From: an uncultured Candidatus Rokubacteria bacterium
GTDB lineage: Bacteria; Methylomirabilota; Methylomirabilia; Rokubacteriales; DASRDR01
NCBI GenBank assembly: GCA_963708025.1
Contig: CAVPSB010000016.1
Span: 160,001-224,000, forward strand
Reading direction: 5' to 3'
DNA length: 64,000 nucleotides
Part shown: piece after piece, positions 42,340 to 52,039 of the stretch
How positions within the stretch are numbered: the first letter of the stretch is position 1
Layout: each line of letters opens with the position of its first letter
Notes under the pieces: model-generated
What the model was told of the DNA's origin: nothing
Database searches by the model: none
Seen by the model: only the letters and a program-made list of their open reading frames with translations
Made by a program: the position numbers and the translations under genes

Positions 42340-42674
42340 GCCTAGCCGCCGCCGACATCCGCGGCGACTTCGCCGAGCTCTACGGCTATGTGAACCGCGC
42401 GTTGCCGGACGCCGAGCTCGATGCCTTCGTCAACGCGCTGGCGTTGCGGATTTCCTCGTTCGACAAGCAGGCCATCGCCGACACCAAACGCCTGGTGAAT
42501 GTCGCGAGCCTGCCGTCCGACGCCGAGATCGCGCCGGAATGGGACGCCTTCATGGCCTCGCTCGGCCGTCCGGCGAGCCAGAACCAGATCAAGACCTTGA
42601 TGAGCCGCGGCTTGCATAAGGCCGGAGATGTCGAAACGCGATTGGGCTATCATGTCGGTCAGCTCGGCGGCTGA
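42340..42674 (+). pseudogene. Enoyl-CoA hydratase C-terminal fragment
   Basis: DIRGDFAELYGYVNRALPDAELDAFV...AIADTKRLVN; no N-terminus. Confidence 0.7.
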
Positions 42675-42737
42675 GGAGCAGAGGCACCTACCGAATCCGT
42701 GGCGGCGGCGCTGATCCGCCACAAAAGGGAGTCTCCC

Positions 42738-43184
42738 ATGTCAACGATTTCGACCCGCCTTGTCCTCGGCTTTATCGCCGGGTTCCTCTCGCACCTGATC
42801 TTCCAGGGCGGGTTCGGTGCCATTCTCTACGCCGCGCACCTGCTGCCGTCCTTGATCTGGAGTCTCATGCCGGTGCCGCCTTTCGGCGTGCCCATGAGCA
42901 TCAACCTGGGGTTCTGGGCCGGGCTTTGGGGAGTGCTCTACGCCGTGCTCGAGCCGCGACTCACCGCGCGCCTCACATGGTGGCTGGGTGGGCTCGTCTT
43001 CGGCCTTGCTCCGCTGGCCGCGTACTGGTTCGTCGTGCTGCCGCTGAAGGGGGCCGGCATTGGCGGCGGCTTCCACCCGGCGATGGTGCCGATCGAGATC
43101 GGCTTTCACGTGGTCTTCGGCATCGGCGTGGCGATCATTTTCCGGCTGGGCGTCGCCCTGGCCGGACAAAAAGGGGCCCGCTGA
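42738..43184 (+). CDS. Hypothetical membrane protein
   Basis: AAGGGAG SD; four hydrophobic segments. Confidence 0.75.
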   Translation: MSTISTRLVLGFIAGFLSHLIFQGGFGAILYAAHLLPSLIWSLMPVPPFGVPMSINLGFWAGLWGVLYAVLEPRLTARLTWWLGGLVFGLAPLAAYWFVVLPLKGAGIGGGFHPAMVPIEIGFHVVFGIGVAIIFRLGVALAGQKGAR

Positions 43185-43273
43185 ACGCTCTTCCCCGCGA
43201 CGATAGGTAGAGCCATGAGCGCGCGCCGGATCTTGCTCGCCGCGCATCACCGCGGTCTGACCGCGTTAGACGC

Positions 43274-44353
43274 TTGACTCCTCGCGACCTGGGAGAGCGC
43301 GGCGCTCAGGGACCCTTCCTGGAAACTGGTGGGACCTCGCGCGTCCTGTTCAATCGTCGGCTAGACGCGAAGTCAGAACTTCGGTACAGCGCGACGGACA
43401 GTTGGGGATGGGTTAGCTACGCAGGCACCCAGTTCGGCGGCACGGCGGCGCTTGGGAGCCTCACTGTCGAGCGCCGGTTCATTGGCAGGGACGCCAGTGG
43501 GCAGGCGATTGTCGTCCCCGTCCGAGTCGAACTGCATCGGGGGTTCGGGCAACGATCGCGGCAGCCGGCATCACCGGAGGTGCCGCTCCCACCGGCCCGG
43601 TCGCTCCTGGCCGCCGACTTGGCTGGCCTAGCTGGTCGCTGGGAGGGCTATTACCAGTCCGGCGGGTTCCAGATGCCCGTGGAGGCAGCCATCCGCGAGG
43701 ATGGTACCGTCGAGGTCGGCGAGAACGACCCGGTGACGAATCGAATTCGTGGGTCGCTCACTATCCGGGATGGGCGCGTCTGGTATGCCGGCCGAGACTC
43801 CGGAGAGCTGGTCCTGCACCAAGAGGGCGCGACGCGGCTGCTGGTCGGCCGTCTCACTCTCGCCGCCTCCGGGAGCGCCCCGCCGGAGATCCTCCCCCTC
43901 CGCCTCGAATGGAAGGGAAGCTCCGGCGGGGCGGCCCCGGCGGCCGCCTCGCCAGCCCCACCGCCCGCGTCGCCCTCGCCGAGTGTCTCGACGGCTCGGT
44001 CTCCGATGGAATCGGCGGCGATCTCCCCCGTGAACGGCACGTATCACGGAACCGTGTCTGGCGACCAGCAAGGACGCCCCTACTCCGCGCGGATCACCAT
44101 CACGCTGGCTCAGCAGGGCGATCAAGTCACAGGGACGTGGCTGACTACGGCCGGCGGCTCGGGCACGGTGACGGGCCGGCTCCTATCCCCGACGCGGGCG
44201 GAGCTCCGTATCGAGCAGCTCCATCCCTGCTCCGCCAGGTTCACGGGCATGGCAACAATCGGCGAGGGCGGCTCGAGCTTGGGCGGGTCGTATTCCGGGA
44301 CTGGGTGCGCCGGTCCCGTCTCCACGTCGTTCACGGTCGTGCGGCAGCCCTAG
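43274..44353 (+). CDS. Hypothetical beta-rich protein, probably 5'-truncated
   Basis: Two small beta domains (LAGRWEG, VNGTYHG) joined by a P/A/S linker; no clear start. Confidence 0.55.
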   Translation: MTPRDLGERGAQGPFLETGGTSRVLFNRRLDAKSELRYSATDSWGWVSYAGTQFGGTAALGSLTVERRFIGRDASGQAIVVPVRVELHRGFGQRSRQPASPEVPLPPARSLLAADLAGLAGRWEGYYQSGGFQMPVEAAIREDGTVEVGENDPVTNRIRGSLTIRDGRVWYAGRDSGELVLHQEGATRLLVGRLTLAASGSAPPEILPLRLEWKGSSGGAAPAAASPAPPPASPSPSVSTARSPMESAAISPVNGTYHGTVSGDQQGRPYSARITITLAQQGDQVTGTWLTTAGGSGTVTGRLLSPTRAELRIEQLHPCSARFTGMATIGEGGSSLGGSYSGTGCAGPVSTSFTVVRQP

Positions 44354-44375
44354 CGCCGCTCCGGGAGGGCCCCGC

Positions 44376-44705
44376 ATGCCCGCCCCCCACCCCCTGACCC
44401 CCGCCGACCGCGCCACCCTCGGCGCGATCGTCACCCGCTACCCCGGCCTGGCGGCCGCGGTCCACGCCCAGGTCACCCGGCTGCTCGCCGCCGTCCTCCC
44501 CGCCGGCGATGGCGCGATCGCCACCGAGGGCCAGCTCGACGAGCTGCTCGAGTCCGTCGTGGAGCGCGTCGTGGCGGGGAGCGGCAAGCTGCGGGATGAC
44601 CCACCAACGGCGCTGGACGACCTGGTGGACGCGATGGTGCTGGTGCTCGCGCGGCACTCGGTGGCGCAGGCGCGGCCGGGGCTGGTGGAGCCGTATCCTA
44701 CCTAG
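44376..44705 (+). CDS. Hypothetical protein
   Basis: GGGAGG SD; high-GC3 codon usage. Confidence 0.55.
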   Translation: MPAPHPLTPADRATLGAIVTRYPGLAAAVHAQVTRLLAAVLPAGDGAIATEGQLDELLESVVERVVAGSGKLRDDPPTALDDLVDAMVLVLARHSVAQARPGLVEPYPT

Positions 44706-44818
44706 GTATTCGTTTGGTCCGGAGGAATGTAACCGGTAGCGTTAGCTGTGATGTCCGCGAGCTTCTCTTGATACTTGATCAACTCGGGCTCGATGAACAC
44801 TGGCTTCCGCTCGTCCAT
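44702..44818 (-). CDS. 38-aa putative RiPP precursor peptide
   Basis: AAGAGGAGG SD then MDERKPVFIEPELIKYQEKLADITANATGYIPPDQTNT; TTGACA upstream at 44893-44898. Confidence 0.65.
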   Translation of the reverse strand: MDERKPVFIEPELIKYQEKLADITANATGYIPPDQTNT

Positions 44819-45209
44819 GAGTCCTCCTCTTGCGGCATGCCTTCCAATGGCGTCGCGTGGGCGAAAGCAGTGTGCGCGTCGGCCGAGACGACTGTCAAGA
44901 TGCAAGAGTTTGCACCGTACCGAACCGTACCGAACCTCAGGTGTCGCAAACCTCCGCTTCGGGGTGCCCCTACAAGTTAGCCTGGAGATTGAGGTGCCTG
45001 GAAGCCCCAGGCCCTGACGCAAACCACATGCTTTGCGACAGAGGCCGGGCTCCAGTCGCAGGACCGAATCGCGGGCTGGATCCGAACTGCTCGCAGGCCC
45101 ACCGCGGTGGGCGCTTCGCGTGGTGCTGAGTCCGCTCTGAAGCGCCCCGAGGAGCCGTTACCCGGGACCCAAGCTCCGGGCAGGCGCCCGGGGGCCGCAG
45201 AAGGAGCTC

Positions 45210-45330
45210 CGGGGCATTACACCCGTCGGCCTCCCGGTCGACCCTCCGCCTGTACTCGAGGGTGAAGGGCCGACGCAACGCCTTTGCCACGACCTCGATC
45301 TCCGGCCCACCGAGAGCCCGCTCCAGGATG
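45210..45330 (-). mobile_element. IS3-family transposase OrfA remnant
   Basis: PEIEVVAKALRRPFTLEYRRRVDREADGC. Confidence 0.6.
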
Positions 45331-45448
45331 CTCATCGACCTTCGATCCTTGCTCGCCCTCGACAGTAAACTTCCGGGTGGCCACTGTCTCACTGAGAGGG
45401 GCCCTCCAAGACTGGCCTGATCGTCGGCAGATCGCGTAAAGTACGGTG

Positions 45449-46426
45449 ATGGCCTCTTGCGCACTCTGCCAGCGGGACCGGCCTTTAAGGCAGAGTCACA
45501 TCATCCCGAAGTTTGTAGTCAGGTGGCTGAAGGACACTGGTGCCACTCAATATCTCCGGCAGGCGATTCACCCCAATATTCGGCGACAGGACTTTGGTAC
45601 GCAGCCGCTCCTCTGCGATGACTGTGAACAGCGGTTCGCGGCATGGGAGAATCGATTCGCCGAGCGCGTATTCTTCCCGTTCCAGCAAGAGCGCCGGCAA
45701 TCCTTCGATTACGGGGAATGGTTGCTCTCATTTGCTACATCGCTTGCTTGGCGGACAGTGATCGGATTCCATCGCGCACCGTACCACATGTTTCCCGAGC
45801 GGACAAAGCTAGCTCCTGCGCTCGAGCGACGACTTGAACAGGCGCAAGAACGGTGGCGAGTCTTCCTTCTCGGTGAGTCACATGATCCCGGTCCTTACGA
45901 ACACCACCTGTTCTTTTGGGATGTAGCGGCGCAGGTAGAGGGTGGGGTGCTGCCTCGCGGCTTCCACATGTACATCCTTCGCGCAGCGGACGGAACTGTA
46001 GCCCACTCGTCCAGAGCCGCATTCGTCTACTCAAAGTTGCCTGGAATGATGTTCTGGGCTGGGGTCGAGCCTCCGCTCGTCGAGGGATGGGAGCGTACGT
46101 TGATCGCGAGGCAGGGAACTATAAGCTCACCCCAACGAATTAGCCAGTCGGGTTTCGGTGACTTTCTACTAGACCGTGTCCAGATAGTCGGCAAGCTAAT
46201 GAGTGCGATGTCGGATAGGCAACGGGAGAAGATTGACCGGGCCTACCGTGAGAACCCGGAGCGCGTTCTCGAGTCAGACACCTTGCGAGCGCACCTGGCA
46301 AGTCTGGTCTGGGAGGAGACCCAGGGCAAGCGAGACGTAAAGGGTGGCCCGCGTCGGCCACCAACCGGGGGGCGTGGCCGATCACCTGAAGCCCCAGGGG
46401 ACGTGCCGCGACCCGAACCGTCGTGA
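45449..46426 (+). CDS. HNH/His-Me-finger-like zinc-binding protein
   Basis: CALC...SHIIPK...LLCDDCEQRF; visibly lower GC than flanks. Confidence 0.65.
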   Translation: MASCALCQRDRPLRQSHIIPKFVVRWLKDTGATQYLRQAIHPNIRRQDFGTQPLLCDDCEQRFAAWENRFAERVFFPFQQERRQSFDYGEWLLSFATSLAWRTVIGFHRAPYHMFPERTKLAPALERRLEQAQERWRVFLLGESHDPGPYEHHLFFWDVAAQVEGGVLPRGFHMYILRAADGTVAHSSRAAFVYSKLPGMMFWAGVEPPLVEGWERTLIARQGTISSPQRISQSGFGDFLLDRVQIVGKLMSAMSDRQREKIDRAYRENPERVLESDTLRAHLASLVWEETQGKRDVKGGPRRPPTGGRGRSPEAPGDVPRPEPS

Positions 46427-46698
46427 GACGGTCGTCGGGGTGCTCAAAGCCCTGGCGGCGCCGCCGCGAGCCGCCGGGCCACGGTGACGTCAGCGGGCCG
46501 GGCCGACGTCCAGTTCCGCGTCTATCCTGACGCCCGCAACGGTTCCAACCTAGCCCATCTCCCTCAGACACCCCCGACCGGCCAGCCGAACTGGACTCCT
46601 GCCTATCACCGGCCGCGCAGCCCTCCGGCCTTCGCGCCGTACTGTTCCCGCTCCAGGGCGCGCGCGGACGTCACCCTGTTCTGACGGGAGGTGCTGAG

Positions 46699-47871
46699 AT
46701 GGCCGTCAAGGTACGCGAGTGGAAGGGTGCCTGGTGGGTCTTCACGGACTACAAGGGCCGACGGAAGGCTCGGCGCGTCGGCGTCGGCACGACCGGCAAG
46801 CGGGCGGCCCAGGCGGCCGCGGAGAAGATCGCCGCCAAGCTGGCCCTCGGCGACCACACGCCCCTGGAGACCGTCACCCCCGCGGCGCCGCCCGTCACGT
46901 TCCGCGCGTACGCCGAGCGCTGGCTGGCGGGCCACGTGCGCCTGCAGTGCAAGCCCTCCACCCTCACCACCTACACCCGCGTGATGCGGACCCACTGGAT
47001 TCCCGCGCCGGGGCCTTACCCCTGGCCGGCCCTCACCCGGGACCGGATCAAGGGGGTCCTGGCGGGCCTGGCGGGCGGGCTGCGGGCGAGCACGATCAGC
47101 GCCTCGACCCTGCCCCCCTTGCAGGGCTGCCTGAGCGCGGCCGTCGAGGACGGGCTCCTGGTGGCGAATCCGGCGAGCCGGCTCGGTCGGTTCATGCGGT
47201 CGGATGTGCTGCCCCAGGAGCGCCAGGATCCCCTCACGCGCGAGGAGCTGAGTGGCCTGCTCGCCACCACTGAGACCGACATGCCCGAGTGGTACCCGGC
47301 GCTCCTGGCGTTCGCCCGGACGGGGGTGCGCTTCGGCGAGTTGGCGGCCCTGAAGCCGAAGGATCTCGACTTCCGGGACCTTGCAGTGCTGGTCCGGCGC
47401 CGCGCGTACAAGGGGGAGCTGAGCACGCCGAAGAACCGGAAGGGGCGCCGGGTGGACATGAGCCGGCAGCTGGCGCGCGTGCTCCAGGGGTACCTGAGCC
47501 TCCGGGAGGCCGAGGCCGTAGTCCGCGGCCAGGCGCCGTCCCCCTACCTGTTCCCCGACCCGGACGGCGATCTGCTCGACCGGGAGTGGTTCAACCGCAA
47601 CGTCTGGCGGCCCCTGCTCCGCCGCGCCGGGCTCCGGTTCCGCACCCCCCACCAGATGTGCCACGCCTTCGCCAGCATCCTGATCCAGAACGGGGAGAGC
47701 CTGGCCTACGTGCGGGACCAGCTCGGCCACGCCTCGATCAAGCTCACCGTGGACACCTACGGCCACCTGATCCCGGGGGCGAACCGGCAGGCGGTTGACA
47801 AGCTCGACGACGCCACCGGCCGCAACCTCTACGCAACCGCCGGCGAGCCGGCGGCGCTCACCGCCCAGTAA
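46699..47871 (+). CDS. Tyrosine recombinase/integrase, likely catalytically impaired
   Basis: TGVRFGEL, TPKN, HQMCH (HxxR altered), LGHASIKLTVDTYGH. Confidence 0.92.
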   Translation: MAVKVREWKGAWWVFTDYKGRRKARRVGVGTTGKRAAQAAAEKIAAKLALGDHTPLETVTPAAPPVTFRAYAERWLAGHVRLQCKPSTLTTYTRVMRTHWIPAPGPYPWPALTRDRIKGVLAGLAGGLRASTISASTLPPLQGCLSAAVEDGLLVANPASRLGRFMRSDVLPQERQDPLTREELSGLLATTETDMPEWYPALLAFARTGVRFGELAALKPKDLDFRDLAVLVRRRAYKGELSTPKNRKGRRVDMSRQLARVLQGYLSLREAEAVVRGQAPSPYLFPDPDGDLLDREWFNRNVWRPLLRRAGLRFRTPHQMCHAFASILIQNGESLAYVRDQLGHASIKLTVDTYGHLIPGANRQAVDKLDDATGRNLYATAGEPAALTAQ

Positions 47872-47987
47872 ATCGCCGGGTTACCGGCTACGCGCGGTAT
47901 TCTGGCACATCCCCGGGGAGGCGAAAACCCCGGTGTGGTCCGACACGGCGTTGCGCCCCACCATCGAGGATGCTACGGTGGGCGGCC

Positions 47988-49427
47988 GTGAGCACCAGCC
48001 CGACGAGCCTTCCGCCGCCCGAGGAGACCCGGAAGTTCCTCCACCGCCGATGGGAGAAGGAAGTCCTGCCGGCGCTGGCCCGCTACATCGCGATCCCGGC
48101 GAAGTCGCCGGCCTTCGACCCGGAGTGGTCGGCCCACGGCCACATCGACAGGGCCATCGCGCTCGTCGAGGACTGGAGCCGCCGCCGGCCGATCGAGGGC
48201 CTGGCCGTCGAGACCTTCCGGCTGCCGGGCCGGACGCCCGTCCTCCTCGCCGAGACCCCCGGCGCGGCTCCGGAGACCATCCTGCTCTACGGCCACTGCG
48301 ACAAGCAGCCTGAGATGACGGGCTGGGCCGAGGGCCTCGGCCCGTGGACCGCGGTCCGCCGGGGGGATCGCCTCTACGGCCGCGGGGCCCAGGACGACGG
48401 TTACGCGGCCTTCTGCGCGCTCACGGCCATCGAGGCCGTCCAGCGCGCCGGCGTCCCGCACGCCCGCTGCATCCTGCTCGTCGAGGCGAGCGAGGAGAGC
48501 GGGAGCCCCGACCTGCCGGCGTACATGGAGGCCCTCGCCGCGCGCATCGGGACGCCCGATCTCGTGATCTGCCTCGACTCCGGGTGCGGGAACTACGAGC
48601 AGCTCTGGGGCACCACGTCGCTCCGCGGACTGATCAACGGCGTGCTCACGGTCGAGGTGCTGACCGAGGGCATGCACTCGGGCGCGGCCGGCGGCATCGT
48701 CCCCTCGAGCTTCCGCATCGCACGCCAGATCCTGTCGCGCCTCGAGGACGAGCGGACCGGCGAGATCCTGCCGCCCGACTTCCGGGTCGAGGTGCCGCCG
48801 GCCCGGGTGGCCGAGACGCGGGCGGTGGCCGAGGCGCTGGGCGGAGAGATCGCGGGGCGGTATCCCGTCGTCGAGGGGATGCGCTACGCCCACCCGGACC
48901 CCGCCACCCTGCTGCTGGCCAACACCTGGGCAGCGACGCTGGGCATCACCGGCGCCGCTGGCTTGCCCGCGCTGGCCGACGGCGGCAACGTGCTCCGGCC
49001 TTTCACGTCGCTCAAGCTCTCACTCCGGGTCCCTCCGACCCTCGACGTCCCGCGGGCCGCGCGGCGCCTCCAGCAGATCCTCGAGGCCGACCCGCCATAC
49101 GGGGCGCGCGTGCGCTTCACGGCCGACAGCCTTTCGCCCGGCTGGGACGCCCCGGCCACCGAGTCGTGGCTTCTCGATGCCGTGCACGCCGCGTCCCGGC
49201 GCCACTTCGATCGGCCCGCGATGTTCACGGGACTCGGCGGGTCCATTCCCTTCATGGCCATGCTCGGGGAACGCTTCCCGCGCGCGCAGTTCTTCATCAC
49301 CGGGACCGGCGGTCCCGGCTCCAACGCTCACGGCCCGAACGAGTTCCTGCACCTGCCCTTCGCCGAGCGCCTCACCGCCTGCGTGGCGGACCTGATCGTG
49401 GCGCACCATCGCGCGCGCCGGCCCTAG
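47988..49427 (+). CDS. M20 family metallopeptidase
   Basis: LYGHCDKQP, GRGAQDDG, EESGS, AHGPNE. Confidence 0.93.
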   Translation: MSTSPTSLPPPEETRKFLHRRWEKEVLPALARYIAIPAKSPAFDPEWSAHGHIDRAIALVEDWSRRRPIEGLAVETFRLPGRTPVLLAETPGAAPETILLYGHCDKQPEMTGWAEGLGPWTAVRRGDRLYGRGAQDDGYAAFCALTAIEAVQRAGVPHARCILLVEASEESGSPDLPAYMEALAARIGTPDLVICLDSGCGNYEQLWGTTSLRGLINGVLTVEVLTEGMHSGAAGGIVPSSFRIARQILSRLEDERTGEILPPDFRVEVPPARVAETRAVAEALGGEIAGRYPVVEGMRYAHPDPATLLLANTWAATLGITGAAGLPALADGGNVLRPFTSLKLSLRVPPTLDVPRAARRLQQILEADPPYGARVRFTADSLSPGWDAPATESWLLDAVHAASRRHFDRPAMFTGLGGSIPFMAMLGERFPRAQFFITGTGGPGSNAHGPNEFLHLPFAERLTACVADLIVAHHRARRP

Positions 49428-49512
49428 TCCTCGCGTCTGGTCGCCGGGGCTGTCGGGAGAGTCCGGCCGGGAGTCAGGCCGCGTCGAAGCTGCGACGTCG
49501 GCCCGGGAGAAG

Positions 49513-51459
49513 CTACGGCGGGGACGGGTGGCGCGGCGGGTGATGTGCGGTCGGGGCTCGCCGGGCGACCTGCGCCACCGCCTCGCCCAGCAGCTGCGGC
49601 TCGACCGGCTTGCTCAGGTGGAGCTGGTAGCCGGCCGTGAGCGCCCGCTCCCGGTCCTCGGCGTGCGCGTAAGCGGAGAGCGCGACGGCCGGGATCCCGC
49701 TCCACTCCGCGCCCAGTCCCCTCACGGCCCGGATCAGATCGTACCCGCTTTCACCGGGCAGTCCGATGTCGCTCACCAGGACGTCCGGGGTCACCCGCTT
49801 CAGGGTCTCGACCGCCTCGCGGACCGAGGCCACCGTGCAGACCTCGGCGCCGCACTCCTCGAGGACCGTCGTGAGGAGCTCGCGCGCGTCGCCGTCGTCG
49901 TTGACGACGAGAACCCGCACCCCGTCCAGCACCGGGCGCCGGAGCGTGCGCCCGTCTCGCGATCCCGGTGCCGCCGGCTGGAGGCATCGCCGCTCCATGT
50001 CGGCGGCCGGGACCGGCAGATCCACCGTGAACGTCGTCCCCTGCCCCTCGCCCGGGCTCTCGGCGTGAACCTTGCCCCCGTGGAGCTCCACCAGGTGACG
50101 CACGATGGCCAGACCCAGGCCGAGCCCGGAGTCGGATCGGGCCGGGCCATGCTCGGCCTGGGTGAACCGCTCGAAGACGTGGGGCAAGAAGTCGGACCCG
50201 ATGCCGATGCCCGTGTCCTTCACCGTGATCCGCGTCTTCGCGTCCGCCCGCTCGAGCCTGACCTCGACGCGACCCCCGGCGGGCGTGTACTTGACCCCGT
50301 TGGACAGCAGGTTCCCCACGATCTGCTGCAGGCGATCGGGATCCCCCGTCATCGGTCCCACCGACGGATCGAATGCCGATTCCAGGCGAACGCCCTTGGC
50401 CTCGGCCGCCGGGCGAACGGCCTCCAGCGCGGCCCGGATGACGGTCGAGGGCTCGACCTGACGAAGGTCCAGCTGCAGCTTGCCCGTGATGATCCGCGAG
50501 ACGTCGAGGAGGTCCCCGATGAGGCGCGCCTGCGCCTTCGTGTTGCGCTCGACGACTTCGAGCGCGTGGGCGGTCTTGGCGGCGTCGAGCCGCCCGCTCC
50601 GCAGCAGCCGGACCCAGCCCAGCATCGCGGAGAGCGGAGTGCGCAGCTCGTGCGAGAGCGTCGCCAGGAACTCGTCCTTGCTCCGGCTCGCCATCTCGGC
50701 CTCGGCCCGCGCCACCCGTTCCCGAACCAGCAGATCGGCGCGTTCCCGCTCCCGCAGCCGAAGCGCCCTCTCGATCTCCTTGCGTTCCGCGATCTCGGCT
50801 TCGAGAGCCGTCGCTTTCTGCTGGAGCTGGGCGATGAGGCGAAGGCCGTCGGCCGTGGTCGGTGCCGCCGCATAGCTCTCGGCGGGGATCACCCGGGAGT
50901 GTTGGCCACAAACGTCCCGGAACGCCTGCTCGTGCTCCGCCCGGCCGAAGCCGCGCATCGGGTACGCGCACAGGAGGGAGAACGGCTGGCGCCGCCCCAG
51001 ATCGTTCCACTGCTCTTCCAGGCTGACCGCGGCCTTCTGGTTCCCCTCCGCCCAGAGCAGCGCCACCATCTCCCCGAACACCCGGACGGGCCGGCCCCCC
51101 CGGGCCGCTCCCGCGAGGAGAGCGCCGACCAGCTCGGCGAAGCGCCCGGGGTCAGGCCCGCCGTCGTCCATGAGCTCCGACAGCGTCTCGGCCGCGTCCA
51201 CCGCGACGTACTGCCCACGGTCGAGAGCGGTGGCGACGTCCGGGCCCCACGCTCTCAGCCGAGCCGCCAGACCGTCCAGGTGGCGCTTCGTGGCGATGAC
51301 GACGCCCCCACCCCCCGCCCGGAGTCCGGCGCCGATGAACCGGCTCACCGAGTCGAGCAGGAATGTGTCGTCCTCGTAGAACTGGACGCAGTGGCCGGTC
51401 GCGTCGCTGTCGCCGTGGAGCGCGCCGGACGCGACTGGTGGCGCCTCTTCGATACTCAT
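49513..51459 (-). CDS. MEDS-domain hybrid histidine kinase
   Basis: HCVQFYE...VFGEMV...LLCAYP (MEDS), LSHELRTP, NLLSNGVKYT, one receiver domain. Confidence 0.92.
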   Translation of the reverse strand: MSIEEAPPVASGALHGDSDATGHCVQFYEDDTFLLDSVSRFIGAGLRAGGGGVVIATKRHLDGLAARLRAWGPDVATALDRGQYVAVDAAETLSELMDDGGPDPGRFAELVGALLAGAARGGRPVRVFGEMVALLWAEGNQKAAVSLEEQWNDLGRRQPFSLLCAYPMRGFGRAEHEQAFRDVCGQHSRVIPAESYAAAPTTADGLRLIAQLQQKATALEAEIAERKEIERALRLRERERADLLVRERVARAEAEMASRSKDEFLATLSHELRTPLSAMLGWVRLLRSGRLDAAKTAHALEVVERNTKAQARLIGDLLDVSRIITGKLQLDLRQVEPSTVIRAALEAVRPAAEAKGVRLESAFDPSVGPMTGDPDRLQQIVGNLLSNGVKYTPAGGRVEVRLERADAKTRITVKDTGIGIGSDFLPHVFERFTQAEHGPARSDSGLGLGLAIVRHLVELHGGKVHAESPGEGQGTTFTVDLPVPAADMERRCLQPAAPGSRDGRTLRRPVLDGVRVLVVNDDGDARELLTTVLEECGAEVCTVASVREAVETLKRVTPDVLVSDIGLPGESGYDLIRAVRGLGAEWSGIPAVALSAYAHAEDRERALTAGYQLHLSKPVEPQLLGEAVAQVARRAPTAHHPPRHPSPP

Positions 51460-51647
51460 CTCGGCGTCTCCTGTTTCAGACCGAGCCCGGGCCCCGTGCT
51501 CCACGCCGGCAGCTGATGTCCGGAGTCGAGGCACCACTGCGGTGGCCGACGGACAGGTTGGCGTCCACCACTGCCTCCGGATCGGGAACAGACCCCTCCA
51601 GAGCGGTCCGTGCAACTTCCATTCCGGCCAGCGCGCCCTGCCGGTGC

Positions 51648-51950
51648 TCAGTCGGTCAGCGCCCGGTACAGGTCGATCTCGGTCGGCTTCGCCACTAGCT
51701 CCCGCATCCGGCCGCGGAAGCCCGCCAGGTGGGGCGCCGTCTTGTGGAACTCGAAGGCGGCCTCGGAGCGGTACTGCTCGTAGAAGAGGAAGACCGCCGG
51801 CTCCTTCTCCAGCCGATGCGGGCGGTAGACGATGCATTCCGGCTCCGCCTTCCTCACCGCCTCGGCCATCTGAACCAGGATGGCCTCGACCTCGTCTTCC
51901 TTGCCGGCCTTCGGGTAGATCTTCGCCACCACGGTCAGCGCTCCCGCCAT
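51648..51950 (-). CDS. ABM-domain (putative quinol monooxygenase) protein
   Basis: EPECIVY...FLFYEQY...FHKTAPH. Confidence 0.88.
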   Translation of the reverse strand: MAGALTVVAKIYPKAGKEDEVEAILVQMAEAVRKAEPECIVYRPHRLEKEPAVFLFYEQYRSEAAFEFHKTAPHLAGFRGRMRELVAKPTEIDLYRALTD

Positions 51951-52039
51951 TTCAGCCCCTTTCACGTCAGAGCAGTACGACGCGATGCGACGCTCATCGG
52001 CTCCTGTTTGAATCCTCGAAGGGCAACAGTTGCAAGCTC

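Larger units (their letters stand above)
39603..47911. mobile_element. Degenerate integrative element (xis-xre-cargo-int)
   Basis: Perfect 22-bp direct repeat ACGCGCGGTATTCTGGCACATC at 39603-39624 and 47890-47911; integrase adjacent to the right repeat. Confidence 0.85.

Noticed and set aside
44885-44920. Sigma54 promoter upstream of the RiPP-like peptide
   Set aside because: GG-to-GC spacing is 11 nt rather than the required 10.
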